Assembly (NCBI GenBank): GCA_013265495.1
Contig: MU061579.1
Location: forward strand, 1,919,319 to 1,983,318
DNA length: 64,000 bases
Reading direction: 5' to 3'
Source: Vicugna vicugna
Lineage: Eukaryota
The notes beneath the pieces were generated by a model that was not told the DNA's origin, searched no databases, and worked only from the letters and a program-made list of their open reading frames with translations. Of the stretch, positions 12,290-24,168 are shown one piece after another. Position numbers and translations under genes: made by a program. Each line of letters starts with the position of its first letter. Position 1 is the first letter of the stretch.

Positions 12290-12495
12290 TTCACCTTCTG
12301 GAGGGCCTGAAGAATAAAAACTTCCTTCTACCTCTTTCTCATAGGGTGAGACTGTGTCACAGGACTAGCCCTAATTTCAAGGGAAACAGCCTTTTTCAAG
12401 TTGCGCACTTAGCAATCCCAAACAATAATCAGTTTCTGCCAATGAAAAAAAGAGCAAATGAATACTGGGTAGGCATCTACCATTATCTGCCTTAG
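12290..12495 (-). mobile_element. MLT1J/K-like LTR fragment
   Basis: 'gtgtcacaggactagccctaatttcaaggga' and terminal 'aatgaatactgggtaggcatctacc...tctgcc'. Confidence 0.6.
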
Positions 12496-13119
12496 TAATC
12501 ATGATCTAACATGATTAATATTTGACTTACTGTCTTCTTGTTTCACAACAAAAGTCTCCCCACCCCCCATATCACCTACTCTTCAACCTGGAAAAATTTT
12601 GGAAAAGTCAGAGACCTGTCAGCAAGAGGTAAGGGGAGAATCTACCTTAAAATCCTCAGGGCATCTATCTCCAAAGACCCTTTCTTTCCTTAGATCCAAA
12701 TGATTTTTAAGAGTAGTTTTAGGATTTCTATGTACATGACAGATCAATTACTTGGAGAACTGTGAGAAATAGTTTGTGGTTTTCTCTGAATTTTTATAAA
12801 AATAGAAACTAGTTTTATTATTAAGCCATTGTAATACAAAATTCAAATCCACAGCTTTACACTAGATCTGGATTCTTTGTTAAGAGGCAGGGCTTCATTG
12901 GTAGTCAATGTCTCTGTTTTGTTCATTTATTTATTGTTTTCATGTGGCTTTTTATTTGTTCTCTTGCATTCAGACATTTCTTGTGAGAAATTAAACTTTA
13001 CAGCTCATTTGAAGCATCCTTTGTACTCTTTCCTGGTTTCTCCTTTTCTACCTATATATAGACTGGAGCATGAATTTGGAAAAATTTTGATGGTAAACTG
13101 TTGTGATTATTGAATCCCC

Positions 13120-13697
13120 AGGTTTGGAATGATTTTCACAGGTTTGTGGAATATCCTATATTATGTCCTCATGACTCATACAACTGTAGAAGTTTAAGCT
13201 CACTTGCCCAGCCTTCCTTGTCTCTAGGGTCTGTCAGTCAGAAGTAATTCTGTAAAATGGGTTTAAAAGTATGATCAAACAAGTGTTGCAAGAAATACAT
13301 TCTGGAAAGGGTGCTTAGCAAGATCCAACTTGCAGTGACTGTATCAGGAAAGGTTCCAGCAAGAGCATTGACAGATGACTGGATAAAGAAGTTGTGGTAT
13401 ACAATGGAATACTACTCGGTCATAAAAAAGAATAAAATAATGCCATTTGCAATAACATAGATGGACCTGGAGATTCTCATTCTAAGTGAAGCAAGCCAGA
13501 AAGAGAAATAAAAAATACCATATGTTATCACTTATATGTGGAATCTAAAAATCAAAAGACAAAAATTTACAAAGCAGAAACAGACTCACAGACCTAGAAA
13601 ACAAACTTATGGTTACCAGGGGGGAAGTGGGTGAGGAGATAAATTGAGAGTTCAAAATTTGCTGATACTAACTAATATATATGTGTGTGTATGTATG

Positions 13698-13728
<31 letters not shown>

Positions 13729-14040
13729 AACAAGTTCATATAACACAGGGAATTATTCAATATCTTGTAGTAACTTATGGTGAAAAACAATGAAAACAAA
13801 TATATGTATGATCATGTATGACTGAAGCATTGTGCTGTACACCAGAAATTGACACAACATTGTAAACTGACTATAATTCAATAAAAATATACAAACAAAC
13901 AAACAAACAAAAAAGAGCATCGAATTTCCAGCTTCAGCAAGTCAGGAACTTTTTCTCAGTGTTGGTGGCAGTGCCACCTACACTGCATCGTCCTCTAGTG
14001 CCCGCAGCCAAGTCTGAATATCTCGACTTTCAGATATTTG
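13120..14040. mobile_element. Probable old LTR (LTR33-like) split by a young L1
   Basis: 'ttgcccagccttccttgtctctaggg' motif; similar composition on both sides of the L1. Confidence 0.35.
13369..13912 (+). mobile_element. Young camelid L1 3' end (ORF2 C-terminus and 3' UTR) with TSD
   Basis: 'gacagatgactggataaagaagttgtggtat...caataaaaat' with (CAAA)n tail; TSD aagagcat at 13361-13368 and 13913-13920; internal (TA)n. Confidence 0.93.
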
Positions 14041-14049
14041 TAAATTCCT

Positions 14050-14132
14050 AATCATCCAAACTAGGATGCTTTTTAGTGAAACAGGAATAATGAGAACTTA
14101 GTCCAGACAAATTGGCACATATGGTCACCCTA
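14050..14132 (+). mobile_element. hAT-Blackjack MITE remnant (MER81/MER94-like)
   Basis: 'atcatccaaactaggatgcttttt' and terminus 'catatggtcacccta'. Confidence 0.6.
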
Positions 14133-15699
14133 TACAGAAAGCAGTCATGAATAAAGTGAAGCATAGGAGAAAAATCTAAACAGGGAGATTTTAGGAAGTG
14201 GTTATAATTATGGTAATTAAAAATTAGGAGTAGCTTAAAAAATTAGCAAGAAAAATTACCAGTAACAACTAGAAAGAGAGCAATTATTAATATTGGCCTT
14301 ATTATTGTTCACTCTAGGTTTACAGACTCTTCTAGCCCCAAGTTTGAGGAAGAGAAGAAATTAAATATGGGATAGATTGAGACAGTGTCTCTACAAATGA
14401 CATTGGTCTTGAGTATAGAGTTAACACCATCTCACATATGTCCCTCATTATCACTAGAGGCTAACCAGGGGGGGAAATGTGTTTCTTTTCTAAACAAACA
14501 CATGGTCATTGAAAGGAACGGTTGTAAATGGTCCCTTTAAAAAAGAAAACTATCGTCCGAAAGTGCCAGTGACATAAGGACTGCATACTTTACTGAGGGT
14601 GAGATCATTAACCAGGACTCCATTTATGGAGCAGCTTTTGTCTGCCTTCTTTTTTTTCCCCCCAGGAGAGCAACAAGTCTGGTCACCATTCACCTGGACC
14701 GAATTCAATCCATTAGTCTACAAGCCAAGATTCAGTTTAGTAGCTTGATCCATTGCTAACTAAAATATTAATTCCTTTAAAATATTAAATGACTTGGAAG
14801 CTATTGGTTGTGCATGTTAAAAGAGGAAGAGCCCGGGGTGCTGAGGAATGAAGTGAAGACAAAAAGCACAAGATAACATCTCTTTGAGGTTTCCCACCTC
14901 ATCCTCCCTATGTGACACAAATAGCTGAGCAGGGGAAACAGTAGCTGCTCTTTTTCTCATAGCTTTAAAAAAGCTGACAAACACTTCTCACTGTCGTTCT
15001 CTTTTCAAATAATAAATGTTTCACCTGGTGAACCACGAGGAGTATTTGGGGGATCAGATGTCCGGAAGAAAACATCGATACGACAGGGTGACATTTTAGT
15101 GTGTGGCCAATTCAGGGTTATTGAACAGAACCCTTTAAATTAAGCACTGCTGTAGGATTTTGATTTTTTTTTCAATTTTCAATTAGGGTATAGAAGAAAG
15201 GAATTCATAATCTAACAAGTGAAGTAACAGCCAAGCTCTCATGAGGAGGATTGTAAAATTGAGCTAATACTTGAAAATCCGTAGCAGGCACATAAAGCAA
15301 GTATAAACTTTGACAACCTCCAGGTAACTTGATATTAACATTAACCTCTGGTAACACCCAAAGTCTTTTGACAGTGCCCAAAGTTCAAGATTATGTTCAC
15401 CTGTGCTAAAGCAAGAATGAAACATCCAATATATTCTTTTCTCATCTGTTGACTATGGCAGAGACCTTATTTCTTAAGGGTTCTGGAATCAGTGTCTAAT
15501 CTAGAACTAAGTGGCCCCAGTAGAGCTTGGTACACATTTGGAAACCTTTTGTGGTAACTGTCAATTTTGTGCCCTGCCAGATCATGGAATAACTCAGTCT
15601 AACCCTTGTGTCAAACAAGTGGTTGCATTTTATTCAAACCTCTTTTTTCTATTTATGTCCAAGCATATAATTTCTGAAATGACATCGCCCTTAACTATG

Positions 15700-16110
15700 T
15701 GTCTCCCATAATTTTGTCATTAATTTCCCTTTGTTCATTATACCTAAGCCATTTTGGTTGCTATTTCTTGAAGTCACCGTCGCTCTTCCCACCTTAGGGT
15801 CTCATATGACATTTCCTTAGTCTAAAATATTCTTCCCTTCTCTCACACACCAGCCCCAGCCCCAGCCCCAAACCTCACTCACATGGCTGATAGCTAAACA
15901 ACGTTCAGGTTTGAATGTAAAATTTACCTAGTCCCTTCATTACAAGTTCTCATAGCATTCTGTATTTCTCCTTCAAATCACTTGGCAATAATTATAGTTA
16001 ATGTTCTGTATGCCAATCTTTGTTAAAAGCCTGCCTATTAATATCACTATCTTCTGGACCTAAAAAGAACTGGGCTAATAGTAGGTATGCAAAAACCTAC
16101 TTGAAAGGGT
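15700..16110 (+). mobile_element. L2 3' fragment
   Basis: 'tcccaccttagggtct...ttccttagtctaaaatattcttccc...gtaggtatgcaaaaacctacttgaa'. Confidence 0.65.
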
Positions 16111-16374
16111 AAGTGATGTGAGAACTACTTCCTCACAGGTATAAATAAATGTCTGTAGGAAGATCCCTGAGTGTCACCAAGAGAACCTTGATGACAGTGT
16201 TGTTCATCAGCATGTTAGCACATTCCCGAAATAATGGGGAAAAACTGGACCACTTTGCAGCTCAACGATGTTCCAGTCTGCTAAATTTCGTGCTATCAAG
16301 GATAGCATTAAGTGAAAGATTATTAACTAAAGCCTTTTATTTAAAATCGGCTAAAGACTCAAAACACCAAACTA

Positions 16375-16560
16375 AGCATAAGGAGACTGGAGTTTAGCTC
16401 TTTCGCTCAGGAGTCTCAGGAACAAATCGCATAACTTCTGTTACCCTAAACATTTTCCTCTGCAAACTGGAGAAATCCTCAGTTAAGACTATCAGAGTTA
16501 ACTCTAGAGGTCAATCACTGCGAAGGTCACTATTGCTGAACATACTACAAATGTGAAGAA
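16375..16560 (+). mobile_element. MIR
   Basis: MIR core-like 'aaatcgcataacttctgttaccctaaacattttcctctgcaaactggaga'. Confidence 0.55.
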
Positions 16561-17359
16561 TTATTATGATGATTGGTTTGATGTCTAATGAATATAGAAT
16601 TAGAAGGAAGATATATGTACCTCTGACTTATCTGTAGTTTAATAGGTACACAGAGATATGTATGTTCCATGCAGTATAAAAATGCTGTAGATTCAAATGT
16701 ACTTGTAATTTTTATATTTATGCTTCATGTAAACCCATATTTTCCTTCTCATCCTGCAAAGTAGGTAAGAATATTAATGTGGTGTCCTGAAAAGAAGCCA
16801 GACCCAGATTAATACCTGTCTCTCTGACAGGTGTTTATAACTAATTAGCAGTATAAATTTTACATATATTTGAAGTTTTCAAGCATAAATAAATAAATAT
16901 GCAAACATGATTCAGATATACTGCTTTAATCAAGACTACTAAAGATAAAGTAAGCTTGTACTGATTGAGACAAATTTCTGTCAAAGGTCTTACTAGTACC
17001 ATTTTGCAAAATTTTGAAGTTTATTACAGCTACAAAGAATGTGTTTGTTTTCTGAGGTGAAACATATTGCTGGCTGAAAAAGCATGCCAATTGCATTTTC
17101 TTGGTTCATTAGCTTTGAGTAGAAAATAATGTGAATATCATAATCAAGTGTAAAGAAAGAAATATATTTTGCTGAGTTAAATTGGAATAATGCAAAATTA
17201 ACATTCATTTTAATTTTATCTTATATTTCATACTCTTTACATTGATAATTTGAGTTTTTCTCATCATAGAAACTTCAGAAAAAAATACAAAATTATATTG
17301 AGAAAGTTCATATATGTGTGCCATATGTTCATAAACAGAAATTAACATTTCTTTCTATG

Positions 17360-18380
17360 ACTGTTCTGGGTGTTTCAACCATCTTTCTTTTGGGATTATA
17401 ATGCTTTTCTTATTGAATCATAAATGTACTTTATTTATGAAAAAAAAAAACTCTTGACTTGCTTTATTTAGGCAGATATTTTTCCTAGATTTGTTTTTTG
17501 ACATTCTTATTTATTATGTGTATTGATAAAACAATATTTAAACGTTAAGTCAGACCCACCTCTTCTGTTGTGGATGTTGTTCTCAGTAATTTCTTTCATT
17601 GCTTTTATGTATGGAAAGAACTTTCACGTTCCAAGATAAGAGTCATCAACTTTTTAGTTCAGAACTTCTAGGTTTTCAAATTTTACATTTCAGTGTTAAT
17701 GCTCCTGCAATTTACATCTGCTCCTGCAATTTACATCTGTGAAGTGTGGCTAGAACCTGAGCTTTTCAAATATTTATCATAATTCCAAGTGTCAATTATC
17801 AGTCAATCTGGTTTTCCCCCACTGATTTTATGACCACTTTCATCCTATACTCAATGAAATACATGTTAGGCTATGTTTATACATTGTATGTGTGTGTATT
17901 TGTGTGTGTGTCTGATAAATTGATTTTTGGTTAAATATATTTTAATATTTACTAGAATAAGTGTCCTTTAAATATCTAAACTATTTATACTTCCAGGCTA
18001 ACTTTATTTAGTATGACTTCATCATGTCACCAAAAAAATCACATGGGCTTGTGACTAGAAAATTATTAAATTTAAATATTAATTTGAAAAGATTTTAAAT
18101 CTTTATAATATTCAAAATTTCCATCTAGGAGTTTCTATTTTCCTAGCAAATTTTCAGTTATATCTCTGAAAAAAATTTTTTTTCTTCTTATAAATCCCAT
18201 AATATTTATTATTACTAAATTCTTGCATATAATTTTGTTTTAGAAGCAGTTGATAATTACATAACATATAACTTATACAACAATAACTGTCCATACTGTA
18301 TTTAGTAAACTTATGAATGTTTCTCTACGTTTATTTAGTGCCTGGTCACCTTGGTGATAATTTTTAGTACATTAAACATT
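17360..18380 (-). mobile_element. Very old L1 (L1ME-like) ORF2 fragment
   Basis: Antisense ORF2-like 'aaattattaaatttaaatattaatttgaaaagatt...tctttataatattcaaaatttccatctagga'. Confidence 0.65.
17700..17739. repeat. Perfect 19-bp tandem duplication
   Basis: tgctcctgcaatttacatc twice, at 17700-17718 and 17719-17737. Confidence 0.95.
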
Positions 18381-18532
18381 TCTATCTATTCCTTATGTAA
18401 AGTTCCTTAAGTAAAGTTAAGTTACATGTGTTCCTTAAGAAAAGTTAGTATATAAGTGTTCTTCTGATTTTAGTTCTCTACTCCCAATGTTATGAAACAC
18501 AAATTTAAGATTTCATTCATTTTTTAAAAATT

Positions 18533-18697
18533 TTTTATTGAAGTATAGTTCTAATTTTTATTTATTTTTTTTTTTAGTTTTTTTGGGGGGGTAGTAATTA
18601 GGTGTATTTATTTATTTTTAGATGTGGTACTGGGGATTGAACCCAGAACCCTATGCGTTCTAAGCATGCACTCTACCACTTAAGCTATATCCTTCCC
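18533..18697 (-). mobile_element. Camelid tRNA-derived SINE (vic-1-like) with an L1-like tail segment
   Basis: 'ggtactggggattgaacccag...ctaagcatgcactctaccacttaagctatatccttccc' gives B box and A box on the minus strand; imperfect TSD tcattca(t/g)tttt. Confidence 0.9.
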
Positions 18698-21600
18698 TCT
18701 CATTCAGTTTTAAAATTCTTATATGAAATATTTCCTCCAGAAGTTCTTCTACCAGTTGTAATCCAAATAAAATGAGTTTGGTAATATAAATTGTATATCT
18801 GATTAATGTATTTTTGTTATATCAGCAAGGAGCTTGTTTATAACTGATAGCAGTGTCTATTAGTATAATTACAATAAGCTGATGTGTGTAGCCATCAAAG
18901 AAGTTATATTAATAACTACCAAGTAAGTCTTCTAGCATAGCTCTTGATTTGTTCCAACATAATGTCTTATTCTTATGGAGGAATTATACTTGTGGGTCCA
19001 AATTCTCAGACCCTAGACCTTGGCTTCATTAGACTTGCCTTCTAATCAACAGAGTTTAACAGATAAATTTAGGATGACAGAGATCAGACTCATTAGAACC
19101 GCAGATTAAAAGCCATCTCTCTTAATGCCCTTCCCCAACCTCTAGTTCCCATTTTCCATTCTACGTGAAATTTCTTCCCCCAGTAACCTCACTGCTGGGA
19201 TATACAGCCTTTAGTTACATATTTGTTCTATGTTTGGGTGGGAAATAAACTCACATCTTGGGAGTTTTCTCTCTGTTCCTTGGGTTATATACTTCTTTGG
19301 GATTTTGAAAGAGAATTGAAAGATTCTTACTCCTTATCACTCATGGAGATATCTCATATATTTCTGGTTAGACTAGGCAACAACGAATAAACTTGCAGAA
19401 ATCTGTAAGAGAATGCACCAAAATATTTAATAGGTTGGAAATGAAAGGTTAGGAGTTTCAGTCTTTTAGATGTTTTGAGAAGATGAGATTATGCAGATTT
19501 TAAAATGCAATTAAAATTTATCAAGAAATCAGCTATAATTTTTAAATTAAAAGTAACAACTTTTTCAGGCTTTGTTTATTCAAATAACTATAATATTTTT
19601 AATTATTAAGTGACTGAGAGAATGATGATCTAACTGTGTGTGAGAATTAAAACTCTTTCTAAAGCATCTAATTCCTATCCAAGCAACATTTCTGGGGTGG
19701 GGGGCATTAATTCTGAAGCATTGGCTACCTACGTATTGGTAGGAACAGTGTGCCCTAGGTCTATTAAAGACTTATTAAATGCTTCATTAAATTATTCTTT
19801 ATTGGAATTATACAAAGTTAACTTTTTTTTTTAATACCATGCATCCACTATAGAAGTGAGAACTAGTAATCAATGGAGGTGTGAATGCTGAGGATTCCTT
19901 AGCTAATGTCAGGGATCATGTTGTAAAGTCAGATTCACACAAATCAGAGGACTTAGTAGCAAGCACTACCAGTAATTTCAGAGATACAAGAGATCGAGGA
20001 GCATGGGTAAGTTAGAGATCATGAAAATTTTGTACAACTATGTCCTTTCTGTCAACATGAGGCAGGTACTCCATGACTCAGAGTAATGTAAGGTGTCCCA
20101 TGAGGTTTATGGGAAACCTTAAAGAGTGAGGAGGATTTAGTTTATGAAAAATCTCCGTTTGATACTCTCAGATAGTTACAGGGCTTACATGACATTTTCT
20201 AAGAGGCCATGCCTCATAAACTCCTGCAACACAAGTTTGTTTACCATAAACAATCCTAAAGAAAAAATGCCTTGTTAAAAGCACTTCATAGGTAACTACT
20301 AGCCTCCTGGCAAGCACTGCTTGTCTACTTACTAGGAGGTCCACTTACCAAGATGTTTACAAGAATATTATGCCAAGTAACCTACCTTCTTTCTTTCCCT
20401 AGAGGTGATTACAAGCCAACTTTTTAAACTACTTTTCTTCCAATTAATAACTTTGTGTGTACCTAAACAAAATGCCTATCAAAAGTCATTGTAACTTTTG
20501 ATATTGATCTCTGGGTTTAAATCTTTCAGAAAGATCCCCTTAACATTTTTTGACTACAGAAAAACTAGATGTCGGCAGTAAGAATAATTCATTTGAGACA
20601 TTTTTGGAATATATTTGTCTGAAGGTTAAACACAGTAATTAAATATATCTAAACTCAGTAATGCCTATGTTTATTGGAATGGTATGTGACTGGAAAGTCT
20701 AGATAATAAAATATTAAATTAGTTGAAGGCTGCTCATTTATGTGGGCAAATTTCCCTGGGTGAAGAAAACAACAAATATGTAGGAATCTACAATCCTGGG
20801 ATTGTTTTTCAAATATGCATACGTTTAGTGTTTGATTTATAGTCTTATGGTTGCATGTTCCCAGGATGTGCATCAATATGGACAGAGGTATTTAACATGT
20901 GACTACCAGCCACTCAACTTTATTCTGAACCACAGAATCTTTAACAAAATAATACATTCTGTAGGGATAACAGAAATACATGTCCAATGTCCCCAACCAA
21001 GTTCCAGAGTCCAAACATTGTACATACATGGAATTCGAGGTTCCTAGGAAGTTTGCAACCTTTTACTATAAATTTTTGAAAGCAATAATATTGTATTCAT
21101 AAAAAGTCACAGCTCTTAATATATGAGCCTCAAGTTAATCAAAACAGTTTAACAACTATCCTACACTTTTGGCTCTCTTGAGAAAAATGTCTTTTATCTG
21201 AGTCCTCAACCTCAGTTCTCTCCTTTCATTCCACACAGGCATATGGGTTTAGATTAAGATTTGCATAGTTAAACTTGATGTAAGGATTTCTCAAACATCC
21301 CATCGTAGTGTACCATTGGTAAATAGTTCCACTGTGAAATGTAATTGTGTATTTATCTAACCAGCATTTCTTAAGCAAATATTTTCCAAATTTACAACTG
21401 TCAAACAGGTCAGCACGCTACCTGAGCTATCATTTCTTCCTTACTTTTGAAGGCTATAATTAGCATATGTCATCCTGTAAAAGGTGATTTTTTTTTAATC
21501 TGATAATTTCAGAATGTGAATTATTTGAAATTAAATCGTAATGACAATATAGTTTCCTCAATCTTTTCTATCGCTTTCAGTCTCACTGCTGGGAAGCTCC

Positions 21601-22339
21601 AAGTGGTTTTCATTGTATTTAGATATATGGCATTCTATCAGATTAATACTAGGTTTTTCTTTCCTGTCCAAAAATTTGAAGTCACACTAGACATGACCTA
21701 AAAAAGTTTGTTAAAAAATACGGGAAACTGAATTGGAGCTCAAATTCATGAGAAATGTGACTATAACCGTTTATAGGAAAGAAAATTATTTATTTCAGAA
21801 AGCCATCTTCAAGTAACAGCAGCACAGGCATTACAGGAAAAAAAAAAAGCAACCAAATAAATAAGGCAGAGTTAGTGAATCCTCTTTAAGGCGGATGTCA
21901 CAATGATTTCTGGGCCACCGACATAAAAAGCCTATTGTGAAGGAAGCTCAAGACCTATTATAGAGCAGCACATTGTCACTTCTGTGAGTCCAAACAAAGC
22001 CCTGAGGAAATTGGTGCATCCAGTACATTCCTCTGTGAAATACTGAATTACTTAGTTCTGAAGTGCCATTTTTGAGTTGCAAAGCTATTTCCTAGAAGCA
22101 TTTCTCAATGTGTCATAGATTGCTTTAAAAAAGAAGTTGATGACAATAGAAAAAAATAATAATAATACAATAACAGTATCAGTGGTAGTCTTAACAAATC
22201 CAGACTAACCATTTCTGAGCTGGATGAGCAGCAGCTGTCTCACATAAGGAAATGACACTCAGCCACATGTAAGAAAGCATATGTGCATGAGGAAAGATAC
22301 TTTCCAACTGCTCCTTGAGTGGTTATACAAGTGGTAATA

Positions 22340-22555
22340 TCATGGAATGGTTAAAGTGGAATTTCAATCCATTCCATACAGACCTGGTGTTGACTCTGGG
22401 CTCTACCACTATACAAGCTGTTTAAGCCTGATCGAGTATCTGCATCTTGCAAAGTTCAGTGGTCTTATTTATAGACACTTAAAACATAGATAAGTGTCAA
22501 ATTAAATTATGTGAAAGAATCCCTAGGCATCTAGAAAAACACTACCAACAATTGT
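22340..22555 (+). mobile_element. MIR
   Basis: 'cagacctggtgttgactctgggctctaccactatacaagctgt' resembles the MIR head and core. Confidence 0.7.
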
Positions 22556-23545
22556 GATGGTGACTACTGTGATGACATTATTTTTCTCTGTAAACTTATT
22601 CCTAAGTAAATGTAAAATGAACACATGTTATTTCAGGCATCCACTGTGAGACTATTATATGAAACTATATTACTGCTGACTCAGTCATTCATTTACTCAA
22701 AAAATTTGAACTTGAACATCTTTTATGTGCAAGACATTAATCTAGGTACTTGGGATACTCAAGTAAATAAAACAGACATAGATCTCTAGTCTTGTGAGGT
22801 TAACATTCTATTAGACAATAGTAAATAAATACCATAAATACAGTAACATATTGGAAGTAGAGCAGCGATATGGAAAAATATAAACAGATCAGAATAAAAG
22901 GGAACTGGGAAAGGAGCACGGTGCAATTTTAATTACAACTCACAGAAAAGGTGAATTCTGAGCAAAGGTTTGAAGGAGCTGTGGGCTTGACCACACATCA
23001 GGAATCGCTGGTACAAAGACCCTAAGATGGCAGAGACAAGTGTAGCTGGAGAAGAACCAGCAAAGCAGGGAGAAGTATGACAGGAAAAGATGAAGGAAGG
23101 ACGCCCAGGTCAGCTACTACCTCATCAGACGCTGTAAAGGCTTTGAATTTTCCTCTCAGTAAAATGTAGAAAAATTTTAGGGTTTTGTTCAGAAGAGTAA
23201 TGTGATTGCATTTGTTTATAAATGATCAGTCTAGATACTTTTTTGAGAACAGAATAAGGGGTTAGAGGGTAGAGAGGCCACTTAGGAGGCTACTGAAGTA
23301 ATCTACGAGAGGGCTGTTGATACCAATCAGGGTGACTGCAGGAAACAGAGAGACAGGGTTAGATTTAAGATATACTTGGGATTTAAATTCAACTGGATTC
23401 CCTGTTGTTGAATACTGTGCGGGTTGTGAGAGAAATAGATAAGTCTCCAATGACTCAAAGTTCTTAGAATTGAGCAACTGTAAAGAGTTGCCAAAAAATA
23501 GATCTGGGATGAATACAGAAAGAGGATAATTTATGTAGTCTTCTT

Positions 23546-23579
23546 CTGGGGTGAGCTGGGGTGAGCTGGGGTGTAAGGG
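23546..23579 (+). repeat. 10-bp tandem repeat (CTGGGGTGAG)x2.8 forming a canonical G-quadruplex motif
   Basis: GGGG-tgagct-GGGG-tgagct-GGGG-tgtaa-GGG. Confidence 0.85.
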
Positions 23580-24047
23580 AGGAGAAAGAGGCCAATCTGA
23601 GAGTTCAGAAATACTGTTTTTGAGATATTTATCAGATATTCAAGTGGAAGTACCAAATAGACAGTTGGTAAACAAGTCTAGGGTTCAAGAGAGAAGTCTG
23701 AATTGGATGTATACATTTGAGAGTCATCAGCATATAACGGGTATTTCAAGTCATGAGCCCAGAAATAATCACCATATGAGTGATGAATTAGAAAGGAGAA
23801 AAAGACCAACTTCTAAGTGTTGTGACATTAATAGGCAGGAGAGTCGTGAGCAAAAGAGATTTTAAAGAAAGACCACTCAGTTAGGAGATAAAACAAGGGC
23901 ATGTAATTAATCATGATAAATGCTCCTAAGAGATAAAAGATATTGAGGACAGAGAATGAACCGCTGGAAAGAACAGCATAAAGGCATCAGTGACCTTGAG
24001 AGGGCAGTTTCATTATATTGGTTGGAGGCAAAAACCTGACTGAAGTG

Positions 24048-24168
24048 TTTTTTCTTTTAACATTTTTTATTGATTTATAATCATTTTACAATGTTGTGTC
24101 AAATTCCAGTGTTCAGCACAATTTTTCAGTCATTCATGGACATATACACACTCATTGTCCCATTTTTT
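24048..24168 (-). mobile_element. Very short young camelid L1 3'-end insertion with 12-bp TSD
   Basis: 'aacattttttattgatttataatcattttacaatgttgtgtcaaattccagtg'; TSD ctgactgaagtg at 24036-24047 and 24169-24180. Confidence 0.9.

Noticed and set aside
15851..15869. (CAGCCC)x3 as a minus-strand G-quadruplex
   Set aside because: Only three full G-tracts, and it lies inside an L2 remnant.
18388..18450. Recurrent gttccttaag(t/a)aaagtta words as a CRISPR-like array
   Set aside because: Only two to three degenerate, irregularly spaced copies in mammalian DNA with no cas genes; local slippage explains it.
18625..18697. tRNA gene (A and B boxes on the minus strand)
   Set aside because: It is the tRNA-derived head of a SINE, with SINE body, A-rich tail and TSD.
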